A stretch of DNA of 64,000 nucleotides from an uncultured Propionimicrobium sp. (GTDB lineage Bacteria; Actinomycetota; Actinomycetes; Propionibacteriales; Propionibacteriaceae), in NCBI GenBank assembly GCA_963511305.1, contig CAUPIJ010000002.1, forward strand, positions 40,034-104,033, given 5' to 3'. Under the pieces are notes generated by a model that was not told the origin of the DNA, searched no databases, and saw only the letters and a program-made list of their open reading frames with translations. This document shows positions 46,940 through 57,549 of the stretch, piece by piece. The translations under genes were made by a program, and so were the position numbers. Position 1 is the stretch's first letter, and each line of letters starts with the position of its first letter.

Positions 46940-49156
46940 ATGGAAGGGCCTGAAATTAAATTTTCCGAAGCCATTATCGACAATGGCAAATTTGGTAAGC
47001 ACGTAATGCGCTTTGAGACCGGTCTGCTGGCTCAGCAGGCCGACGGCGCTGCCGCCGTCTACTTTGACGGCGACTCGATGCTGCTGTCCACCACCACCGC
47101 GCAGAAGACGCCTCGCGAGGCCATCGACTTCTTCCCGCTGACCGTCGACGTCGAGGAGAAGATGTTCTCGATTGGCAAGATCCCCGGCAGCTTCTTCCGC
47201 CGCGAAGGCCGTCCCACCGACAACGCTGTGCTGGCCTGCCGCCTGATTGACCGCCCGCTGCGCCCGGCATTCGTTAAGGGCCTGCGCAACGAGGTGCAGG
47301 TCGTTGTCACCGTGCTGGCACTCGACATGCAGGTGCAGTATGACGTGGTTGCCATCAACGCAGCCTCGATGTCCACCCAGATCGCTGGCCTGCCGTTCAG
47401 CGGCCCGATCGGTGGCGTCCGCATCAGCCTGATCGACGATCAGTGGGTCGCCTTCCCGACCTACGAGCAGGACGCTGCGGCAACCTTCTCGATGGTGGTT
47501 GCCGGCCGCGTGCTGGCCGACGGTGACATTGCCGTGATGATGGTTGAGGCCGGCGGCACCGAGGCCACTTGGGATAACGTTCGCGCAGGCAAGACCGCTC
47601 CGACCGAGGAGGTCGTTGCTGAGGGTCTAGACGCCGCCAAGCCGTTCATCAAGGTGCTGTGCGACGCGCAGGCCGAGCTGGCCGAGCAGGTCAATAAGGA
47701 GACCTACCCGTTCCCGGTTTTCAAGGACTACGAGGACGACGCCTACGAAGCAGTCGAGAAGCTCGCTGCAGACGAGCTCGACCGCATCATGCTGATCGCT
47801 GACAAGCTGGAGCGTCAGGACGCCGAGAAGGAGCTCAAGACCAAGGTTGTCGAGGAGCTCGTCGGTAGGGAAGAGTTTGCCGAGCGCGAGAACGAGATCA
47901 GCGGCGCTTTCAAGGCTCTGCAGAAGAAGATCGTTCGCAACCGCGTCCTGAAGGAGGGCGTGCGCATTGACGGCCGCGGCCCCAGGGATCTGCGTACCCT
48001 GAGCTCTCAGGTAGGCATCATACCGCGCGTTCACGGCAGCTCGCTGTTCCAGCGCGGTGAGACCCAGGTGATGGGCGTCACCACCCTGAACATGCTCGAC
48101 ATGGAGCAGAAGCTCGATGCGTTGAGCCCGATCACCACCAAGCGCTACATGCACCAGTACGAGATGCCGCCGTATTCGACCGGCGAAACCGGTCGCGTCG
48201 GCTCCCCGAAGCGCCGCGAGGTAGGCCACGGCCACCTGGCTGAGCGCGCTATCGTTCCGGTGCTGCCCACTCGCGAGGAGTTCCCGTATGCCATCCGCCA
48301 GAACTCGATGGCGGTCGGCTCGAACGGATCCACCTCGATGGGCTCGGTTTGCGCCTCCAGCTTGGCGCTGCTGAACGCCGGCGTGCCGCTGCGCGCACCG
48401 ATCGCGGGCATCGCCATGGGCCTGATGAGCGAGACCGATGAGAATGGCGAGACCCAGTACCTGGCTTTGACCGACATTCTAGGCGCTGAGGATGCCCTCG
48501 GTGACATGGACTTCAAGGTCGCGGGCACTGAGGACTACATCACGGCCCTGCAGCTCGACACCAAGCTGAACGGCATCCCAGCCGACGTGCTGGCGTCCGC
48601 GCTGAAGCAGGCCCACGAGGCCCGCACCACCATCCTGAACGTGATGAACGAGGCCATCAACGAGCCCGACGAGATGGCTGAGACCGCTCCGCGCATCATC
48701 ACCGTCAATATCCCGACCGACAAGATCGGCGAGGTGATCGGCCCCAAGGGTAAGATCATCAACCAGATCCAGGATGAGACCGGAGCCAACATCTCCATCG
48801 AGGAGGACGGCACTGTCTACATCGGTGCTGACAACGGCGAATCCGCCGAGGCAGCCCGCAAGCAGGTCAACGCGATTGCGAACCCCGTCATGCCGGAGAA
48901 GGGCGAGCGCTACCTGGGTACCGTCGTCAAGCTGACGAACTTCGGTGCCTTCGTTTCGCTGCTGCCCGGCAAGGATGGCCTGCTGCACATCTCCAAACTG
49001 CGCAAGCTCAACGATGGCAAGCGCGTGGAAGAGGTCGAGGACGTGGTGAGCGTCGGCCAGAAGCTCCAGGTCGAGATCACCGACATCGACGATCGCGGCA
49101 AGCTCTCGCTGAGCCCGGTGGTCGAGGACGACTCCTCCGACGAGGACGACGAGTAG
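46940..49156 (+). CDS. pnp: Polyribonucleotide nucleotidyltransferase (PNPase)
   Basis: 738 aa with two RNase PH domains, KH ([13 protein letters not shown]) and S1 (G.V....[16 protein letters not shown]), plus an acidic tail. Confidence 0.96.
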   Translation: MEGPEIKFSEAIIDNGKFGKHVMRFETGLLAQQADGAAAVYFDGDSMLLSTTTAQKTPREAIDFFPLTVDVEEKMFSIGKIPGSFFRREGRPTDNAVLACRLIDRPLRPAFVKGLRNEVQVVVTVLALDMQVQYDVVAINAASMSTQIAGLPFSGPIGGVRISLIDDQWVAFPTYEQDAAATFSMVVAGRVLADGDIAVMMVEAGGTEATWDNVRAGKTAPTEEVVAEGLDAAKPFIKVLCDAQAELAEQVNKETYPFPVFKDYEDDAYEAVEKLAADELDRIMLIADKLERQDAEKELKTKVVEELVGREEFAERENEISGAFKALQKKIVRNRVLKEGVRIDGRGPRDLRTLSSQVGIIPRVHGSSLFQRGETQVMGVTTLNMLDMEQKLDALSPITTKRYMHQYEMPPYSTGETGRVGSPKRREVGHGHLAERAIVPVLPTREEFPYAIRQNSMAVGSNGSTSMGSVCASSLALLNAGVPLRAPIAGIAMGLMSETDENGETQYLALTDILGAEDALGDMDFKVAGTEDYITALQLDTKLNGIPADVLASALKQAHEARTTILNVMNEAINEPDEMAETAPRIITVNIPTDKIGEVIGPKGKIINQIQDETGANISIEEDGTVYIGADNGESAEAARKQVNAIANPVMPEKGERYLGTVVKLTNFGAFVSLLPGKDGLLHISKLRKLNDGKRVEEVEDVVSVGQKLQVEITDIDDRGKLSLSPVVEDDSSDEDDE

Positions 49157-49179
49157 TCAGAAAATAATTAAAGATAGGG

Positions 49180-49212
49180 AAAATGGCGGCTTTCGAGCCG
49201 CCATTTTCTCTG
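49180..49212 (+). terminator. Rho-independent terminator after pnp
   Basis: Stem aaaatggcggc / gccgccatttt with loop tttcga. Confidence 0.65.
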
Positions 49213-49273
49213 CATTTTGTCGGTGGCGCCTAGTAGCATTCAAAACATAGACGACTACTAGGGAGGCACTAAT

Positions 49274-50008
49274 TTGATCAAGGTCGCAGTCTTTGGCGCT
49301 AAGGGCAGGATGGGTCAGCGGATTTGCCAGGCCGTCGAGCAGGCGGACGACATGGAGCTGGTTGCTCAGATAGACATGGGCGACGCCCGGGATGCGGCAA
49401 AGGGTGCCGACGTCGCTATCGATTTCACCGTGCCAGATTCGGTGCTGGCAAATGTCGAGTGGTGCCTTGCCAACGACATTCACGTGGTGGTTGGCACTAC
49501 CGGTTTCACAGACGAAAAATACGAGCAGGTGCGGCAGTGGCAGGCCAGTAGCAAGGCGAATGCCCTGATCGCGTCGAACTTCTCCATCGCAGCCGTTCTG
49601 ATGATGAGCTTCGCCGCCAAGGCGGCGCCGTACTTCGAGTCGGCCGAAATCATCGAGCTGCATCATCCGGACAAGGTGGACGCTCCCTCCGGAACCGCCC
49701 AGACTACGGCTAGGGCTATTTCTCAGGCCCGTGAGCAGGCCGGCTGCGCGCAGATGCCGGACGCTACCCAGATCGACCCGCATGGGGCGAGGGGAGCGCA
49801 GGTGGACGGCGTCCACATTCACGCCGTTCGATCCAGGGGCTTGTTCGCTCACCAAGAAGTAATCCTAGGCAACCCTGGTGAACAGCTGACCATCAGGGAC
49901 GACTCATTCGACAGGGGCAGCTACATGCCAGGAATCTTGTCTGCGGTTCGGGCGGTTCCCAATCGCCCTGGCCTAACCATCGGGCTAGACGACCTTTTAG
50001 GGGTTTAG
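49274..50008 (+). CDS. dapB: 4-hydroxy-tetrahydrodipicolinate reductase
   Basis: 244 aa with a TTG start after GGGAGG: IKVAVFGAKGRMGQ...ELHHPDKVDAPSGTA. Confidence 0.92.
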   Translation: MIKVAVFGAKGRMGQRICQAVEQADDMELVAQIDMGDARDAAKGADVAIDFTVPDSVLANVEWCLANDIHVVVGTTGFTDEKYEQVRQWQASSKANALIASNFSIAAVLMMSFAAKAAPYFESAEIIELHHPDKVDAPSGTAQTTARAISQAREQAGCAQMPDATQIDPHGARGAQVDGVHIHAVRSRGLFAHQEVILGNPGEQLTIRDDSFDRGSYMPGILSAVRAVPNRPGLTIGLDDLLGV

Positions 50009-50010
50009 AA

Positions 50011-50715
50011 ATGAAGAAATTTGGTTTCGTGCTGCTCGGTATTTTCGTCGTGGTGGCGCTTCTCGGCGGCTTCTTCGTCGCCGACAACGTGGTTCGCGAT
50101 CAGGCCGAGACGAGAGTCCAAGAGCAGCTGGTTACTAAGTTCTCCGCGCCAGAAGGCCAGACTCAGGCAGACGTCAAGCTCAACGGCTTCCCGTTCCTGG
50201 CTTATCTGGTCACGCACAAGGTTAAGTCAGGCACTATCAGCGCTAGCAACGTATATCTTGCCGAGGACGACCTAACAATTGCCCATGCAAATTTCGACTT
50301 TACGGATCTGTACAACCCTAAGAGCGGCCCCGGTAAAGTTGGCTCTGCTCAGGGCACGCTCGTGCTGTCCTACGACGAATTGACCAAGCAATCTGGCACT
50401 GACGAATTCACCATGCGGTACGCGGGCAACGAGCGTGTCGAGGCCAAGACGAGCGTAGATATGTTTGGCACGCCCGCCGAGATAACGATGAGCTTTGGCC
50501 TGAAGATCGAAGGAAACGTGCTCTCCTATGTCGATCCCAAGATTTCGGTTTCCGGCTTGGATATTCCCCAGTCGTTACTAGATTCGGCCTTGTCCGAGGA
50601 GGATCTTTCGACCGAGCTGCCGAATGCGGACGGCCTCAAATACGAGTCGGTGACGCTGGCCGAGGAGGGCATCATCATTAACGTCTCCGCCACGGATTGG
50701 GAGATTCCCGAGTAA
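50011..50715 (+). CDS. DUF2993 (LmeA-like) membrane-anchored protein
   Basis: 234 aa. Has an N-terminal TM, then the ...V.L.GFPFL.....G......S..... pattern typical of DUF2993. Follows dapB. Confidence 0.7.
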   Translation: MKKFGFVLLGIFVVVALLGGFFVADNVVRDQAETRVQEQLVTKFSAPEGQTQADVKLNGFPFLAYLVTHKVKSGTISASNVYLAEDDLTIAHANFDFTDLYNPKSGPGKVGSAQGTLVLSYDELTKQSGTDEFTMRYAGNERVEAKTSVDMFGTPAEITMSFGLKIEGNVLSYVDPKISVSGLDIPQSLLDSALSEEDLSTELPNADGLKYESVTLAEEGIIINVSATDWEIPE

Positions 50716-50773
50716 GACGGATGGGGCCGCTTCGAGTGTTAACCGAAGCGGCACCCCAGTTGGTTTTAGCGTT

Positions 50774-50816
50774 TTGCGCGTCTATCGTGTTTGCGCGTCA
50801 ACCGCGCTTGCGCGTC
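50774..50816 (+). repeat. Three direct repeats TTGCGCGTC with a 17-bp period upstream of glmM
   Basis: Exact 9-mers at 50774-50782, 50791-50799 and 50808-50816. Confidence 0.9.
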
Positions 50817-50856
50817 AAAGGTGAAGTGAAAGTGAGTTCACGGTAGTTTTATACCC

Positions 50857-52206
50857 ATGGCTCGACTTTTTGGAACTGACGGCGTCCGTGGCGTCGCGAA
50901 TATCGATCTAACTGCCGATTTGGCTTTGCGGCTTTCTGTTGCTGCTGCTCACGTGCTGGGTGAGGCCGGCGCGTTCAGCGACAAGCGGCCCAGGGCTATC
51001 GTCGGTCGGGATACCCGCATTTCGGGGCTTTTCTTGAAGTCCGCGGTTTGTGCTGGCCTGGCTAGCGCTGGTGTTGACGTCGTCGATGTGGACGTCGTCC
51101 CGACCCCTGGCCTGGCTCACTTGGTGGCCAGCGAGGGTTTCGACTTGGGCGTGATGCTTTCGGCAAGCCACAACCCGATGCCTGATAACGGCATAAAGTT
51201 TTTCCAGCGCGGCGGGGTGAAACTCGACGATGATCTGGAGGACGAGATTGAGCGTCAGCTTGATGTTAAGTGGCAGCTGCCGACCGGCGCTAAGGTGGGC
51301 GAGATTTCCTATGACCCGGAACTGCTCGACAAGTACATCGCGTATCTTGCCGAGAGCCTGGAGGGCCAGTCGTTGAAGGGGATAAAGGTGGTGCTGGATG
51401 GGGCTAACGGCTCCTCGGCGTACACCGCGGTGCCGGCTTTCGAGGCCGTGGGCGCCGAGGTCATCGGCATCAACGTCAATCCGGACGGCCTGAATATCAA
51501 CGAGAACGCCGGTTCTACGCACCTGGGTGGCCTGCAAAAGACGGTTGTCGAGCATGAGGCTGACGCAGGTTTCGCGATGGACGGCGATGCCGACCGCTGC
51601 CTGGCAGTGGATGCGCAGGGTAACGTGATTGACGGCGACCAGATCATGGCCATCTTGGCTTTGGCGTTGAAGTCGCAGGGCAAGCTGCACGGCGACACCC
51701 TGGTCGCCACGATCATGAGCAACCTCGGCCTGAAGCTGGCCATGAAGGAAAACGGCATCAAGATCGATCAGACGAAGGTCGGCGACCGCTACGTGCTGGA
51801 GTCGATGCAGGCCAACGGCTTCACCCTGGGTGGTGAGCAGTCTGGCCACGTCATTATCAGCGAATACGCCAACACCGGCGATGGTGTGCTGACCGCGCTG
51901 CACGTCGCCGAGGCGATGGTTCGCCAGGGCAAGTCTCTGGCCACGCTGGCCGGCGTTATGGAGAAGCTGCCGCAGACTCTGGTGAATGTGCCGAATGTTG
52001 ATAAACTGCGCGCTTCCCTCGACCCGGAGATCACCAAGGCGGTGACCGCCGCTAATCAGGAGCTCGGCGAGAGTGGCCGCGTCGTGTTGCGCCCGAGCGG
52101 TACCGAGCCGTTGGTTCGCGTCATGGTGGAGGCTCCGACGCAGCAGAAGGCTGACGAGGTGGCGCAGCGCCTGGCGGATCTGGTGGCGCAGCGTTTGGCC
52201 TTGTAA
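50857..52206 (+). CDS. glmM: Phosphoglucosamine mutase
   Basis: 449 aa: MARLFGTDGVRG.AN..LT...A..L...SASHNPMPDNGIKFF...GDGDADR. Confidence 0.95.
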   Translation: MARLFGTDGVRGVANIDLTADLALRLSVAAAHVLGEAGAFSDKRPRAIVGRDTRISGLFLKSAVCAGLASAGVDVVDVDVVPTPGLAHLVASEGFDLGVMLSASHNPMPDNGIKFFQRGGVKLDDDLEDEIERQLDVKWQLPTGAKVGEISYDPELLDKYIAYLAESLEGQSLKGIKVVLDGANGSSAYTAVPAFEAVGAEVIGINVNPDGLNINENAGSTHLGGLQKTVVEHEADAGFAMDGDADRCLAVDAQGNVIDGDQIMAILALALKSQGKLHGDTLVATIMSNLGLKLAMKENGIKIDQTKVGDRYVLESMQANGFTLGGEQSGHVIISEYANTGDGVLTALHVAEAMVRQGKSLATLAGVMEKLPQTLVNVPNVDKLRASLDPEITKAVTAANQELGESGRVVLRPSGTEPLVRVMVEAPTQQKADEVAQRLADLVAQRLAL

Positions 52207-52221
52207 ACAGGCGAAAATGGT

Positions 52222-52256
52222 AAGGCTGGCGGCTGTATGGCCGCCAGTCTTTGCTT
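52222..52256. terminator. Hairpin between convergent glmM and coaA
   Basis: Stem (aagg)ctggcggc / gccgccag(tctt) followed by tgctt. Confidence 0.5.
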
Positions 52257-53223
52257 AGATCTTTCGGATTCGCACGTGCCGGATCGAGTGGTCGCTGGAT
52301 TTGCGCAGCACGACGGTGGCTCGCTCGCGGGTCGGGTTGATGTTGGCCCGCAGGTTCGGCCCGTTGGTGGATTCCCAGATCGAGTAGGCGGTCTCGCGCG
52401 CCTCGGAATCATCCAGTGTCGCGTACTTATGGAAGTAGCTCTGCGGGTCCGCGAAGGCGCTGGAACGCAGGGCCAGGAATCGCGATAGGTACCAGTCTCG
52501 AATGTCCGACTCGTCCGCGTCCACGTAGACCGAGAAGTCCAGGAAGTCGCTGAGGCTGAGGTGCTGCCCGTTGCGTTGGATCGTGGCCGGCTGCAGCACG
52601 TTAAGGCCCTCGACGATCAGCACGTCCGGCTGCTCGATGACGATCTCTTCGTCTTCGACGATGTCGTAGATCAGGTGCGAATACTTGGGGGCCACCACTT
52701 GTGGTTTGCCTGATTTAACAGCGATGACGAATTCGAGCATCGCCCGCTGGTCGTAGCTTTCTGGGAACCCCTTTCGTTCCAGGATTCCCCGCCTTTGCAG
52801 CTCCTCGTTCGGAAAGAGGAAACCGTCAGTGGTTACCAAGTCGACTTTCGGCGCCGAGGGTTGCCTTCGCAGCAGTTCTGCGAGCAGGCGGGCGGTTGTC
52901 GATTTGCCGACTGCGACCGAGCCTGCAACCCCGATCACAAATGGTGTTCGCGTGGGGGAGATGCCCAGGAAGTCGTTAGAGCTGGAAAACATCCTGGTGG
53001 TGTTCTTGCGGTAGAGCTCAACGAGTTGAGTCAGCGGAAGGTAGACCTCTTCGACGTCTTGCAGGCTTGTCGGGTCTTGAAGGCCGCGCAGGCGCTCAAG
53101 AGTTTCGCCGTCAAGAGTTTCGTGAGAGGCGTGAGCCAACTGGGCCCAACTTTCCCTGGGAAGGATGAGCCAGGGTCGATTAGGCGACTGTCGTACTGGT
53201 ATCGTCATGTGGCTATTCGTCAT
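52255..53223 (-). CDS. coaA: Type I pantothenate kinase
   Basis: 322 aa: ...PFVIGVAGSVAVGKSTTARLL...TTDGFLFPN..L......RKGFPESYD. Confidence 0.93.
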   Translation of the reverse strand: MTNSHMTIPVRQSPNRPWLILPRESWAQLAHASHETLDGETLERLRGLQDPTSLQDVEEVYLPLTQLVELYRKNTTRMFSSSNDFLGISPTRTPFVIGVAGSVAVGKSTTARLLAELLRRQPSAPKVDLVTTDGFLFPNEELQRRGILERKGFPESYDQRAMLEFVIAVKSGKPQVVAPKYSHLIYDIVEDEEIVIEQPDVLIVEGLNVLQPATIQRNGQHLSLSDFLDFSVYVDADESDIRDWYLSRFLALRSSAFADPQSYFHKYATLDDSEARETAYSIWESTNGPNLRANINPTRERATVVLRKSSDHSIRHVRIRKI

Positions 53224-53503
53224 TAGATCTTAGAAGGGCAAACCGCTACTAGAATACGTTACAGCTGAATTCAGCTATTGTCATTCCAGATCTTAAGCCT
53301 TTGGTTAAAGTACGATTCTAGGAAGAAACTTTTAGGGGGGCAGTTCACAACCGTCAAGCTAGATTCATGTTGGCGACTGAAAAGCGAGAACAATTTGTAA
53401 CTAGCAAATGTGCGGTTCTGGGTTCCAGATCGTTAGTTGGCTAGTCGGTGAGAAACGCCGGCTATCATTGGTCGCTGTAACAATATGTGGAAAGTAGTTC
53501 AAG

Positions 53504-54475
53504 GTGTCCTTAGAGAAGACAGAAAATGGCGAGCAAGTAAGGCTCATGGCACGCGTTGCGCGCTTACACTATGAGCAAGGTATAAAACAGAAGGCCATCG
53601 CCGAGAAATTGAACCTTTCTGCCTCAAAAGTCTCTCGTTTATTGCGTAAGGCTAATGAAACAGGAATCGTCAGAACGGTTGTCCAACTTCCAGACGGTGT
53701 TCACGCTGATATAGAAGAAAAAATCGAAGCTAAGTATGGCCTGGATGAGGTTGTCATTGCTGACATCCGAGGTACTCATAAGGAAGTATTGAAGGCTTTA
53801 AGTTCCGCTGGCGCTGAGTACCTGAAGACAACACTTAACTCTTCTATGGTAATGGGCATATCTGCATGGAGCGAAACCCTAATGGCTGTGGCTAACCGTC
53901 TTGCGGAAAACGACGGCATATGTCTTAAAGATGTTGTTCAGCTTGATGGTGGCGCAGGCCATGCTGATGCACAGCTTAGGGCTGCAAGAATGCTGGATAA
54001 ATTGGCGAGAGTTAGCAACGCTAAACCGATTGTTTTACCTGTACCCGGTGTAGCTCCAACCGTTAGAGCCTATGAAACCTACATTCATGATCCAGGGGTG
54101 GTAGCCGTTTCATCTGTCTGGAACAGCGTTGATGTTGCTCTGGTAGGTATCGGGTCGCTTTCCCCTTCTCCTGTGCTTAGGCAAAGTGGGAATTACGCTA
54201 GTCAAGACGTAATAAATCAACTAATTTCGTTTGGCGCAGTAGGCGATGTCTGTCTACGTTTTTTTGATCGAGACGGGCGTGCTGTGGAGACCGAATTTGA
54301 TAGCAGGGTTATAGGGGTAACCTTAAATAGGCTCAAGAAAGTTAGACGCAGAATCGCAATTGCGGGTGGCAGTGAGAAGATAGGTGCTATCCAGGCTGCT
54401 TTGCGTGGTTCAATCGTGAACACAATAGTGACAGACCTGGGAGTTGCAGAGTCTCTGCTTGGCCTGCGAGCTTAG
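53504..54475 (+). CDS. SorC/DeoR-type sugar-binding transcriptional regulator
   Basis: 323 aa: ...MARVARLHYEQGIKQKAIAEKLNLSASKVSRLLRKA (HTH), then a SorC-like sugar-binding domain ...ALVGIGS. The GTG start is uncertain. Confidence 0.83.
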   Translation: MSLEKTENGEQVRLMARVARLHYEQGIKQKAIAEKLNLSASKVSRLLRKANETGIVRTVVQLPDGVHADIEEKIEAKYGLDEVVIADIRGTHKEVLKALSSAGAEYLKTTLNSSMVMGISAWSETLMAVANRLAENDGICLKDVVQLDGGAGHADAQLRAARMLDKLARVSNAKPIVLPVPGVAPTVRAYETYIHDPGVVAVSSVWNSVDVALVGIGSLSPSPVLRQSGNYASQDVINQLISFGAVGDVCLRFFDRDGRAVETEFDSRVIGVTLNRLKKVRRRIAIAGGSEKIGAIQAALRGSIVNTIVTDLGVAESLLGLRA

Positions 54476-54633
54476 CGACCTCGTCGCGGTGCGATAATAT
54501 TCTCGAACTGGTTTCTCAGGAACATCTGTGTGCTAGTCTTTCTGTGAAAGAAAACGCAGGGCTGAAATTTATTTCATTGGTGATTTAGGTTTTGTGCTTA
54601 TGCGTGACAGTGTCTGAAGAAGTGATTTTAAAG

Positions 54634-54891
54634 ATGAAACGTGAAGCTATCGTTGCAGCTCCGGAGGGTCTTCATGCGAGGCCGGCTTCGGAGTTTGTTA
54701 GAGCCGTCAAAAGTTCTGGAAAAAATGTTCAGGTTTCTGCGAATGGCCGGGGGCCTGTCTCGGCTGCCTCAATACTTTCTGTTTTAGGCTTGGGGGTTCA
54801 GCAAGGGCAAAAAGTTGTCTTGGAAACCGTGTGTGATGATGCAGCTGCTGTGTTGGACAAGCTTGTGAAACTTCTAGAGGAAGCGTCATGA
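54634..54891 (+). CDS. ptsH: Phosphocarrier protein HPr
   Basis: ATG at 54634; 85 aa, with the active-site His in EGLHARPAS. Confidence 0.9.
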   Translation: MKREAIVAAPEGLHARPASEFVRAVKSSGKNVQVSANGRGPVSAASILSVLGLGVQQGQKVVLETVCDDAAAVLDKLVKLLEEAS

Positions 54892-56594
54892 GTGGTGATG
54901 CGTTGCGCGGTATAGGAGTTGGTGTCGCAAGTATTGTCGGGCAGGTTAGGAGGTTCGATAGCCAAATACTTGTACCTGATGATGAAAAGGTGCCGTGTGG
55001 CTCTGCTGAGGTCGAGAAAGCTTTAGAGTTTGTCAGGTTTTGCCTTGAGAGAGTTCGTGAAGAGCTAGAGGCCCAAGCGAATGCACAGGGTGATCAGGTT
55101 GTGGCTGATGTTGTCATAGCTAATGCGGAAATAGTGGCTGATCCTGAGTTGGCGAAACGTATTGAAAATTTAGTTCGTGAGGGAAATGGCCCTGCAGGCG
55201 CTGTCAATAAAGCTTTTGCTGAGTGTGAAGAGCTTTTCGACAGCTTAGGGGGGTACATGGCTGAACGTAAATCTGATCTACGTTCTTTACGCGACCGCGT
55301 GCTCGCTAAAATTTTGGGTAAGCCTGACCCGGTAGTTGAGCTTGAGGAGCCAAGAATCCTTGTAGCAAAAGACCTCACGCCCGCAGACACTGTCTCTTTA
55401 GATTTGTCAAATGTTTTGGCTGTCGTGACTCAGGAAGGCGGTTCTACGTCTCACACAGCAATAATTGCTCGGCAAAATGGAATTCCTTGCGTGGTTGGTG
55501 TTGCTTCTGCCGATAAGTTAACCGATGGCGCCTTAGTTGCGGTAGAAAGTGCTAAAGGACTAGTTACGTTGGCTCCGGACGAAAAGCTTGTTGAGCATAT
55601 CCGACGTGAAAAACAGTTCAGGCGATCGCTCGCATCGGATAGAAGACTTGGTGCTACGAAAGATGGTAGGCGCGTGGAGCTGCTTGCCAATATTGGTGGT
55701 AAAAAAGACGCCAATCGAGCTGTGGAGCTTGGAGCTGAAGGTGTTGGCTTATTTAGAACAGAATTCTTGTTCTTGGGTGCTGATTTAGAGCCAACTGTTT
55801 CAGAACAAGAGGCGGCTTATTCTGCTGTTTTTGAAAGATTTAGAGGCAAAAAAGTCGTTTTGAGGACATTAGATGCGGGCTCTGATAAACCGCTGTCGTT
55901 TGCTAACAATACTGACGAACCCAATCCTGCTTTAGGTGTTCGTGGGTACAGATTAGCCAAAAGTAATCAAGAATTGTTGCTTAATCAATTAGTGGCGGTA
56001 AATCAGGCAGCAGCTAGGAATCCTGAAACAGATGTTTGGGTTATGGCGCCGATGGTCTCAACTGAAAAAGAATCTGCTGATTTCGCTCGCTTGGTTAGAA
56101 ACCTAGAAAGTGACATAAAAGTGGGTGTCATGGTGGAGGTGCCTTCGGCGGCGCTTTGTGCATATAGCATTCTTTCTACAGTTGATTTCGTTTCTCTAGG
56201 GACGAATGATCTTGCCCAGTATGTTATGGCGAGTGATCGTCAGTTGGCCTCACTCGCCGACCTGCTGAGTCCATGGCAGCCGGCGGTGTTGCAGTTAGTT
56301 TCAAAGACCGTTTTAGCGGCAAAAGCTGCTGGCAAGCCCGTTGGAGTCTGCGGTGAGGCGGCTTCCGATCCCTTGCTTGCACTTTTCCTGGTGGGTCTTG
56401 GTGCTTCCAGCTTGTCTATGTCGGCGGCTTCAATCGCAGAAGTGCGCTTTGCTCTTCGAAACATGACTAAAAGTGAGTGCGCTGACTTGGCCCATTCGGT
56501 GCTCTTGGCTGGTAATGCAAATGAAGCTAGGGCTTGTGCATTGGAGATGACGAGCCCGGAAGCCTTGAAAGTGTTGGGTCTGAACTCAAAGTAG
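54888..56594 (+). CDS. ptsI: Phosphoenolpyruvate-protein phosphotransferase (PTS Enzyme I)
   Basis: 568 aa: GGSTSHTAIIARQNGIPCVVG, GLFRTEFLF, SLGTNDLAQY. Overlaps the HPr stop by 4 nt. Confidence 0.93.
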   Translation: MSGDALRGIGVGVASIVGQVRRFDSQILVPDDEKVPCGSAEVEKALEFVRFCLERVREELEAQANAQGDQVVADVVIANAEIVADPELAKRIENLVREGNGPAGAVNKAFAECEELFDSLGGYMAERKSDLRSLRDRVLAKILGKPDPVVELEEPRILVAKDLTPADTVSLDLSNVLAVVTQEGGSTSHTAIIARQNGIPCVVGVASADKLTDGALVAVESAKGLVTLAPDEKLVEHIRREKQFRRSLASDRRLGATKDGRRVELLANIGGKKDANRAVELGAEGVGLFRTEFLFLGADLEPTVSEQEAAYSAVFERFRGKKVVLRTLDAGSDKPLSFANNTDEPNPALGVRGYRLAKSNQELLLNQLVAVNQAAARNPETDVWVMAPMVSTEKESADFARLVRNLESDIKVGVMVEVPSAALCAYSILSTVDFVSLGTNDLAQYVMASDRQLASLADLLSPWQPAVLQLVSKTVLAAKAAGKPVGVCGEAASDPLLALFLVGLGASSLSMSAASIAEVRFALRNMTKSECADLAHSVLLAGNANEARACALEMTSPEALKVLGLNSK

Positions 56595-56678
56595 GAAAAA
56601 GTTCTAGACACAGTCCTACCTCGGTGTTATCATGAAATTAATATCACAAGTGAAAGAAATTTCACTCAAAGGAGAGAG

Positions 56679-57548
56679 ATGTTAGTAAATTTCAATGAAA
56701 TGCTTGCTGATGCGCAAGCAAAGCACTACGGAATTGGTTGTATTAATACTCCCAATAGAACATACTTGCGAGCTTTGATTGATGCTGCAGAGGAGGTGAA
56801 CATTCCTCTAATTATTGACCACGCAGAGGTTCATGATCCTCTTATTCCTTTGGAAGATGTCGCAAAAGATATGGTCGAGTATGCAGAGAAGGCTAAAGTC
56901 CCCGTAGCGGTACATGTGGACCATGGTGAAAGCATGGGATTCATCATGCGTGGTGTAAATAATGGCTTTACTTCGGTGATGTACGACTGCTCGAAGTTGC
57001 CGTTTGAAGAGAATGTCAGGCGAGTAAAAGAGTTCGTCGAGATGGTTCGTCCTGCAGGAATTAGTGTAGAAGCAGAGCTCGGCGAGATGCCGTCAACTCT
57101 TGAAGATACACATGGAGGAGCAAACGACACTAAGCCTGGTTTCACTGACCCGCAGAAAGCAGCGGAATTTATCGAACGCACTGGAGTTGATGCGTTGGCG
57201 GTGACTTTTGGTACTTCGCACGGTATTTACACCGAGACGCCGAAGCTTGACTTCGAGCATTTGAAAGAGCTCAGGAAAGCTACAGGGGATACGCCCTTAG
57301 TTATGCATGGAAGTTCTGGTGTCCCGTTGCCTGACATTCAAAAAGCAATTCAAATGGGTATTAGTAAAGTAAATTATTACTCTTATCTCGCAGTTGATTC
57401 ATCTGAGTTCGCGTTGCAAACACTAAGCGACGATAAGTCTACGGGTCACGCTACCTTTTATCATGAATTAGTAGAAAAAGTTTATGAACATACTAAGGAA
57501 GAGGCAAAGAAGCTATATCGAATTTTCTTGAATGGAAATGAACTTTAG
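56679..57548 (+). CDS. Class II ketose-bisphosphate aldolase family protein (FBA/GatY/KbaY/IolJ family)
   Basis: 289 aa: ...YGIGCINT.......A.I.AAEE...PLIID.........VAVHVDHGES...ELG......FGTSHG.Y....L......PLVMHGSSG. Confidence 0.87.
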   Translation: MLVNFNEMLADAQAKHYGIGCINTPNRTYLRALIDAAEEVNIPLIIDHAEVHDPLIPLEDVAKDMVEYAEKAKVPVAVHVDHGESMGFIMRGVNNGFTSVMYDCSKLPFEENVRRVKEFVEMVRPAGISVEAELGEMPSTLEDTHGGANDTKPGFTDPQKAAEFIERTGVDALAVTFGTSHGIYTETPKLDFEHLKELRKATGDTPLVMHGSSGVPLPDIQKAIQMGISKVNYYSYLAVDSSEFALQTLSDDKSTGHATFYHELVEKVYEHTKEEAKKLYRIFLNGNEL

Positions 57549-57549
57549 T

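Noticed and set aside
49157-49855. 232-aa minus-strand ORF opposite dapB
   Set aside because: dapB on the plus strand is unambiguous, so this is an antisense artefact.
50908-51903. 331-aa minus-strand ORF inside glmM
   Set aside because: It lies antisense to a canonical glmM and has the same antisense-type composition (Arg/His/Gln/Leu-rich).
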